A program made the translations under genes and the position numbers. Positions 28,722 to 35,101 of a stretch of DNA of 35,101 nucleotides are shown in pieces; the stretch's first letter is position 1; each line of letters starts with the position of its first letter. The notes below the pieces were generated by a model, which was given only the letters and a program-made list of their open reading frames with translations, did no database searches and was not told the origin of the DNA. Source of the DNA: Rhizaria sp. SCN 62-66 (Eukaryota); NCBI GenBank assembly GCA_001724265.1, contig MEDY01000339.1, positions 1-35,101 of the forward strand, in the 5' to 3' direction.

Positions 28722-31700
28722 TCATTGCGTGGGGTCACCGCTCTTTTGCGTCTTGCCTGATGAAACAGCCGCAGCCGCAGCTGCAAATGACGGCGATGAC
28801 GGCGATGCTGTTGCAGCAGCTGCAGCGGCTGATGCAGAAGCAGCAGCTGCGGCAGCAGCGGCCGTCGCAGTCGCAATCGCGGTCGATGCAGCACTGGCCC
28901 CCTTCTTAGCGGGGCGGCGGCCTAGGAGGCGCGTTCGTTTAGCCTCAGCCACAGCGGCCTGGTACGCTTGAACTTGCTATAGAATGAGTGTACAACAATC
29001 AGAAGGGTCGAAATAGTATCATTATCAGTGGAGCACAGTAAAACATCGTCAGATGTTTAAAAATATAAAAAATATAGAGGATGCTTAAAAGCTTACAAAA
29101 CATAGAAATCAGCGTGTGTGTGAGCCCCTGTGAATAAAATTTTGTGTTGACATAATACGTGGCGTGTAGTAACGTACCTCAGCAGGCGCAATCTTGATCC
29201 ATTGGGTTTTCAGATACTTCCAGTCCCTGTTTGGCAGCCTCTCAGAAACAAGCTTCCACTGGCCAGGGCCAAACTCGGCCACTGCCTCGAGCAGAATGGC
29301 GTTTTCTTCCTCAGTCATTGGGTGCTTGCGTGACAAGTCAAACTATCAAAGAGAACAAAACAAAGAAGTGGAGCGCAGATATGAGTAAGGTTGCACATTA
29401 GTTTACTAAACGTAAAAATATCGAACTCAACGAACAAACAAAAGTCATACAATAGATAAATAAATTACCAAAATTCCCATTGCTCTTGCAATCGCCTACT
29501 CAACGTACGTCACGTGACAGCATCAGGTAGCGCTCGCGGCACTTGCCGTCGGTGCGGCCGGGAACGTGCATCTGCACCTCAGCCCACGGCACGGCGGGCG
29601 GGCCGCGTGGGTCCGCCGGGTTGGGCCGCGCGTAGGCCTTGACGGCCAGCAGCAGCCGGATGTCCTCCTCAACGGTCCAGCGGCCGTGGCGCAGCGTCGG
29701 GTCTACGGCCTTGCGCCAGCGGTTCTGTAGCTGGCTCACGCCGCGGCGGCCTGAGCTCTCGGCCGCGACAAGTGCCCACTGCGCGTCGCCATGCGCGGCC
29801 ACGAGGTGCGCCAGCTCCTGGTCCTCGGCGGCCGAAAAGCCGCCCGTGTTTACGAGCGCAGGGTTGCACCGCCGCTGGTACTGCCGCAGACACGCGTGCG
29901 GCGCGCGGCCAGTGCCCAGCTCGGCCGCGATGCGCGCCCAGTCGCGCGCACCGTGCTTGTCAGCGATCGCTCGCAGCTGCTGCGTCTCGTGCGTGCTCCA
30001 CTCGCCCGTGCGCAACCGCACGTCGGCGTGCGCGGCCCAGTGGATGCGGCACTGCAGCGCCGTCTTGCTGCCGCGCAGGTAGTGCTGCGCGATGAAGTCC
30101 CAGTTGACGCGCCGGATGTCGATCGACACGGACTCAGTCGCGCCGCGGTACAGGTTAAACAGCGCCGCGCCGCGCAGGGCCGCGCTCCTAACGCCGGGCA
30201 CCGCGCTCGCGGCCGCGGCAGCGGCGGTCGGGCGAGCGCGCGCGGCGCCGCGGCGTACGCTGCTTTTGCTGTTGCTACTACGTGCGCCGCCACTGCGGCG
30301 GCTAATGCCAGCATCGGCACCGTCGCCGTCGATGTCGCCGTAGTCGTTAACGTCATCGTACTCGTTGTCGCTGTCATTGCCGTTTTCGTCGTCGCCGTCA
30401 CTGTTGTTCGTGTCAGCCGCGTTGTTGCTGTTAAATGCGTCCGAGTCGGAGTCGTCTCCGTCCCAGCCGCCCTCAGCCGACGCCGCCCCGGCTGCCCCAC
30501 CGGCGCCGGCGGTAGGCGCGCCGCCGGTGGACGCAGCCGCGACGCGCTGCCTGCGCTTGGCCTCGTTCGCTGTGACCGTGAGCCAGGCGACGTCGATGGC
30601 GGCCGCGGCAGCGCGGTTGCCGCTATGCACGGCCTGGCGCAGCGGCAGCGGCGAGCGCGCGAGTGCGGCCGCAAACAGGGGCCCGTCCTCCTCGTCGTCC
30701 GAGTCGAAGAAGGGCCGCTTCGAGTCGAAGGGCGACCGCGCGGCGGCGGCGGCGGCCGTGGCGGCGGCGACCTGGGCGTTGCGCGACGAGAAGGTCGACT
30801 GGGCGGACTGCGCGGCGTTCACGGGGCTTGCGTCGGTGGCCGCGGAGGGCACGGGGTAGAATGCGGCGCGGATGGCGCCGGGAAGGTGCACACCGCGGTT
30901 GTCTCCAGCAGCGCGCCCACCATCGCCAGCGCCATAGTTGCTATCGGCGTTAGTGCTAGCGCTGGTACTGCCGTTGAGAGTGACAGCGGTGAGGAAGTCG
31001 TTCAGCTCGTTAGGCATGACGTTGCTGCCGCTGGGGTTGGCAGTCGCCGCCTCACGCTATGCGAGAGAAGTTGAAAGAGCAAGAGAAATACTTTGAGTCA
31101 GACACATGGGTGTGATCGTGTTGCACATCGTTGACGATAGGAATATATGACGGTGAAATATACATGCTAAGACCATAAATGATTGTGAGATCGATAGATA
31201 TATTTGTTGAAGCTCTCGTGCTACCAAGCGTAATGCAGCACGTCACGTACGTCGTACTGGCGCGCGAGCTTGACTTGGTGGCGCTTCAGCACAGAGAAAA
31301 GCACGCCGTCGCACAGAGCGTCAACCTCGGCAGCCGTCCAGCGCACTTCGCGCGGCTTCAGGGGCAGTGACGCGGCCAGGAGACGCCGGTGCAGCGCATC
31401 GGGGTGCACGGGCGGGGTCGAGCCTGAGCGGGCGAGAGACGAAATAAAGCGGAAAGGAACAGAAACAATAGTAGAGACGGAGATATGTTAAAATGGTGGT
31501 GACAAGTAGGTGGAACATCCAATACTCGAAAGGAACTTCAACCGCATTTGACTCCGCAAAGCTGCGATACAGATATGATACTGATCCGCTCTTAACAACA
31601 GAAACAAGTGAGCGACGTACCGTCGTCGTCGATGAACCAAGGCGCGCGAAACACCGCCCTCTGAATCGCCGGGTTTGCGGGCTCATTGCTGTGCGTAATA

Positions 31701-31945
31701 ATCTGCCACACCACGCGCGCCTTCTCCGCGTTCGACTCGAGCATACTCTCCACGAGCGAGAGCTGGTTCGAGACGACGGTCTGGTAAGACCGGTTCGCCG
31801 CCAGAGTCTTCAGGAGCTGCTCTTTAGTCGGAAGCTCACCGGACTCAAATAACACGCGCGCAGCCGCGGCTGGGTCAAAGCCTGTTGTGTAGTCCGCGTT
31901 CGGAGGCAAGCGCGGCTACGACGCCGGCGAGGGCGAAGGGTCCAT
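28722..31945 (-). CDS. SNAPC4: snRNA-activating protein complex subunit 4 (SNAP190)-like Myb protein, ~821 codons; exons 31945-31621, 31423-31251, 31056-29509, 29342-29178, 28976-28722; in-frame TAG at 31918-31916
   Basis: 4.5 tandem Myb repeats (VNWDFIA..QCRIHW; WSTHE..WARIAAELGTGR; FSAAED..W..NRW; WTVEED..W..VPGRTDGKCRERY; MTEEEN..W..LPNR). SNAP190-like N-terminal motifs LAANRSYQTVV, APWFIDDDG/STPP and WTAAEVDALCDGV. The four GTACGT..AG introns are all frame-consistent. The 5' and 3' ends are less certain. Confidence 0.8.
28977..29177 (-). other. SNAPC4-like intron 4 (201 nt, phase 0)
   Basis: Donor GAG|GTACGT, acceptor CTATAG|CAA; in frame with ORF 28722..28952. Confidence 0.8.
29343..29508 (-). 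other. SNAPC4-like intron 3 (166 nt, phase 0)
   Basis: Donor GAC|GTACGT, acceptor TGATAG|TTT; links to the last Myb repeat. Confidence 0.82.
31057..31250 (-). other. SNAPC4-like intron 2 (194 nt, phase 0)
   Basis: Donor GAC|GTACGT, pyrimidine tract, acceptor CATAG|CGT. Confidence 0.82.
31424..31620 (-). other. SNAPC4-like intron 1 (197 nt, phase 1)
   Basis: Donor G|GTACGT, acceptor CTCAG|GC; gives PWFIDDDGSTPPVHPD. Confidence 0.85.
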
Positions 31946-32302
31946 CTGCCGGGCGTCTGGAGTGTGTACAAGGTTGGTCGAAACAAAACAGCGATAGAGC
32001 AAGGATTAGACAGAAATAGACAGTAAAATTTAAAGGGGTGATGGTAATTCTAATATATTATTACGGAGTTTGCTGGAATATCTGTTAACGGATGTTGCAA
32101 TGCATGCACACGCAAACTACTTCATGGCTTGATGGCGATCTCACAGCCAATCTTTCTGCCGCCAGTCGCGAGACAAGCACAGGTCTGCTTATTATAAGAT
32201 GTGGTAGAAGATACAAAATGAGTGTATTCGTAACAAATCCGCAATATGTTCTAAGTAACAGGCAAGTAATTCTAATAAATTCAGTTATACTCTGTACAAA
32301 TC

Positions 32303-35018
32303 TCACTTAGCCGCTCTTAGGGCAGTCTCCTCACCGCTCACGACATTCGGAGCGGCGTTGCTGTCATGGGCGGCCGCAGAGCTCGATGGGAACGCCCCCG
32401 AGCGCGCACTTGAGCCCGTGAGCCTCTCCAGCGCCGAGTGCACGCTGTCGCCAACCATGGAGCTGGCGTTAAGCCCGAGGTACCCGCCCTCCTCGACCTC
32501 ATCTTCCTCCATCAACACTGTCGCAGCCGCCGCCGCTGCCGCAGCTGCTGCTGCCGCCGAGGCGGCCACTGCGGCCGCCTCAGTCTCCGGGTCCGCCTCC
32601 CGCAGCACGCCCATGCCGCCGCCGCTGCCGCCGCCGCGGACGCTGCCGTTACCCACGGTCACGCAGCGGTCCAGCGAAGGGTCGCCGTGGCCCATCGCGG
32701 CGGCGTTGCTGGCCGCCACTGCGGCGGCGGCGGCGGCGGCCGCGAGCGCCAGGTCTGACATGCTGTCCTCCGGGGGGTAGAGCCCGCTGCCCCAGGACTG
32801 CTCGTAGTAGCCCGCGGCGGTGCTGGCGGGCGCGCCGGGCGCAGTGAAGCTCGCGCCCGGGCCGACTGAGCCGGCAGTTGCGGTGCGATCGATAGACACA
32901 TGGCCGACAGAGCCTGGGGCGATGGAGGCAGAATCTGCGGGGAGAGTCTTGGCGCTGGCGGCGTTTGTGTCGAACACGTCCGGTAACGACACAGCGTCAG
33001 CCTCAGCATCGGCGTCGGCGTCGGTGGGGTCAACATCGGGCGCGGCGCCGCACTCGCTCTTGGCAAATGTGACACTGTTGTTGTTGTTGTTATGGTTGTG
33101 GTTGCCCACTGCGCTGGGGTGCATGTGGCTGTGCGGGACTGCGATGCCCCCGCTGATGATGATCCCCACGTCGAGGTCTGTGGGCGACACGGAGCCGTCC
33201 GCGTGCGACAACGAGACGGACGCGAGTCCAGGTCCCGGCGTCGGCGTGAGCGCGTTCGCCGCGTTGCTGGCCGCCGCTGCCGCTGCGGCCGCCGTAATCG
33301 CGGCGAAGGCGGCGGCGCTGGCGCTGGCGGCCGCGGTGGGCAGCGAGGGCCGCTGCCCGGCGTTGGATGACGCGGCGGCCGCCGCGGCCGAGGCCTGCAC
33401 GTTCGCCGTCGCAGCGGCTGTCGCAGCAGCAGCGGCGGCGGCGGCGGTCGCGGCGGCAGAGGACGAGGTGACCGAGGGGCGCGCGAATGATGGCAGCGCA
33501 GTGGCAGAGACCGAACGCGACAACACACCGCCAACACTAGCGCCACCGCCCGCGCCACCGCCAGCGCCGGTGAACGCCACTGACGCGAGGGTCGGGGTCG
33601 CTCTACCGGAGCCCGCCGCGGCCGTCACAGGTGTTGCGAGCCCTGCCCCCGCCGCCGCTCCCGTCAGCGGGGCCGCCGCAGCCGCCGAGGCCGTGGAGAG
33701 CGCGTCCGGCAGCGACGCGGGCAGTGAGGGCGCGAGCGCGGGCGTAGCGCCAGCGCTCGGCGCGGTGCCTTGGCTGGGCGCCGCAGAGGCCGCCGCAGAT
33801 CCCGCAGAGGCGGCAGAGGCGGCGGAGTGGCTGTGAGCCGAAAAGGAGGCGCCCGAGCCCCCGACGGCGGCGGCGGCCGCAGCGGCGGCGGCGGCGGCGG
33901 GGCCGCCCGCGATGGCGGGGCGGCGCAGCAGCGAGCCCTTGACGAGCACGGGCGCCGGGAACGAGCTGTACCGCGCCGGGTAGCCCGCGGCACTCGCAGT
34001 CGTCGCGGTCGCCGCAGCTGGAGCAGAGGCTGCGTTGGGCACGGCGCCGTCGGCGGCGTCGGCGTTGGGGGAGGGCGAGCTGTCGGGCGAGATGGTGGGT
34101 CGGGCGGCGTTGCTGTTGCTGTTGCTGTTGCTGTTGTTGTTGCTGTTGCTGTTGCCGTAGCCGAAGTTGTGGTACTGTTGCGACGCGCTCTCCTGCTCCG
34201 CGTTCGCGGTCGCAGTCGAAGCATTCGCAGTAGCAGATGCAGCCGCAGAGGCAGGCACTGCGAGAGACAGGTTGAGCGCCGCGGCGCCAGAGACAGAGGT
34301 CGGCAACGACAAGGGCGCACTCCCGCTCACCTGCGCCGCGCTTTGCACTGGCACGGGGAGTTGGCGCGTCAGTCTCGGAGGGTCCAGGAGCCGGAAGACT
34401 TCGCAGCGAGTGCCGTAGGCCTGCGGGGTGAGCTTGACCACTGAGTTGCTGGGGATTGTGAGGAACGGAATGTCCTGGATCAAGTAGTCGGAGAAGTAGC
34501 CCAGTAGGCATCGCAGCACGGAGACGTGCGCGATCACGACGACGGGCGCGTCCTGGCGCTCCAACTCGAAGATGACGCGCTCGGCGCGGTCGATGACGTC
34601 CTTGTAGCTCTCGCCCTGTGGGTACTTGAAGTTGACCTTGTCGTGGCAGATAGCGGCCGCGGACACGGGGTCGATGCGCGCGATCATGGCCGTGGTGAGC
34701 CCGTCGTAGAGCCCGCGGTTGATCTCGGCCAGCGCGCGCCAGTGCACGATCTTCACGTCCTTGGCGATGTCATGGTAGACCACAGCCGCCGTCTCGGCGT
34801 CGCGCAGCGCGACTCCGGACCACAGGTGCATGGGGTGCGGCTGGCCCTGCGCCGTCAGCACCTCAGGCTCGGCGTCCAGGTAGCTCGCCAGTGCGTGCGC
34901 GAAGTGCACGCCCGCGGGCAGCAGCGGCGCGTTGAACGGCGGTCGCGGACCCGCCGAGGCGGAGCCCGGGGGCGGCCACCGGGCGGCCGTCGGGTGCTGC
35001 TGCTGTGCTTGCGCCAGG

Positions 35019-35101
<83 letters not shown>
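32303..35101 (-). CDS. 6-phosphofructo-2-kinase/fructose-2,6-bisphosphatase family protein: phosphatase domain plus long low-complexity tail (5'-truncated by window edge)
   Basis: WRALAEINRGLYDGLT, DKVNFKYPQGESYKDVIDRAERVIFELERQ, VVVIAHVSVLRCLLGYF and IPFLTIP...KLTPQAYG match the FBPase-2 domain of PFKFB enzymes. The frame is open to base 35101; stop TGA 32303-32305. Confidence 0.88.
35021..35101 (-). repeat. (CAG)>=24 microsatellite encoding poly-Gln (>=27 Q), running off the window edge
   Basis: Perfect CTG run at 35030-35101 on the + strand, in the PFKFB reading frame on the - strand. Confidence 0.95.

Noticed and set aside
28590-28760. Extra terminal exon of the SNAPC4-like gene (acceptor-like TTCTTTCTATCCAG near 28668 on the - strand)
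   Set aside because: No donor matching the local consensus before the TGA at 28722; it cannot be supported without transcripts.

Overview
Gene-dense eukaryotic nuclear DNA, not prokaryotic. It probably comes from a flagellated protist, but the species cannot be identified from this sequence. GC-rich exons full of Ala/Ser/Gln low-complexity tracts alternate with short AT-rich introns (121-201 nt) and short intergenic spacers. Ten protein-coding genes can be modelled, two cut by the window edges. In order they are: an Ala-rich unknown (5'-partial), an AT-hook protein, a giant (~3213 aa) GH47 alpha-1,2-mannosidase, a NAT8-like GNAT acetyltransferase, a myristoylated guanylate kinase with a long E/A/K tail, a TPR+SET methyltransferase, a SAXO-family axonemal repeat protein head-to-head with DRC4/GAS8, a SNAPC4-like Myb protein, and a 5'-partial PFKFB. 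Eleven introns were placed by hand, and each joins its exons in a continuous reading frame. The main highlights are: an in-frame TAG near the start of the otherwise intact SNAPC4-like gene, while none of the ten genes ends in TAG; a GH47 catalytic domain stretched about 4-5-fold by insertions, with a tail rich in NPF/acidic-Trp endocytic motifs; a 603-bp higher-order repeat of six SAXO motifs that could match the 48-nm axonemal period; a dominant GTACGT splice donor; and a stop-free 3n GC-AG intron. No rRNA, tRNA, CRISPR array or mobile element could be supported.
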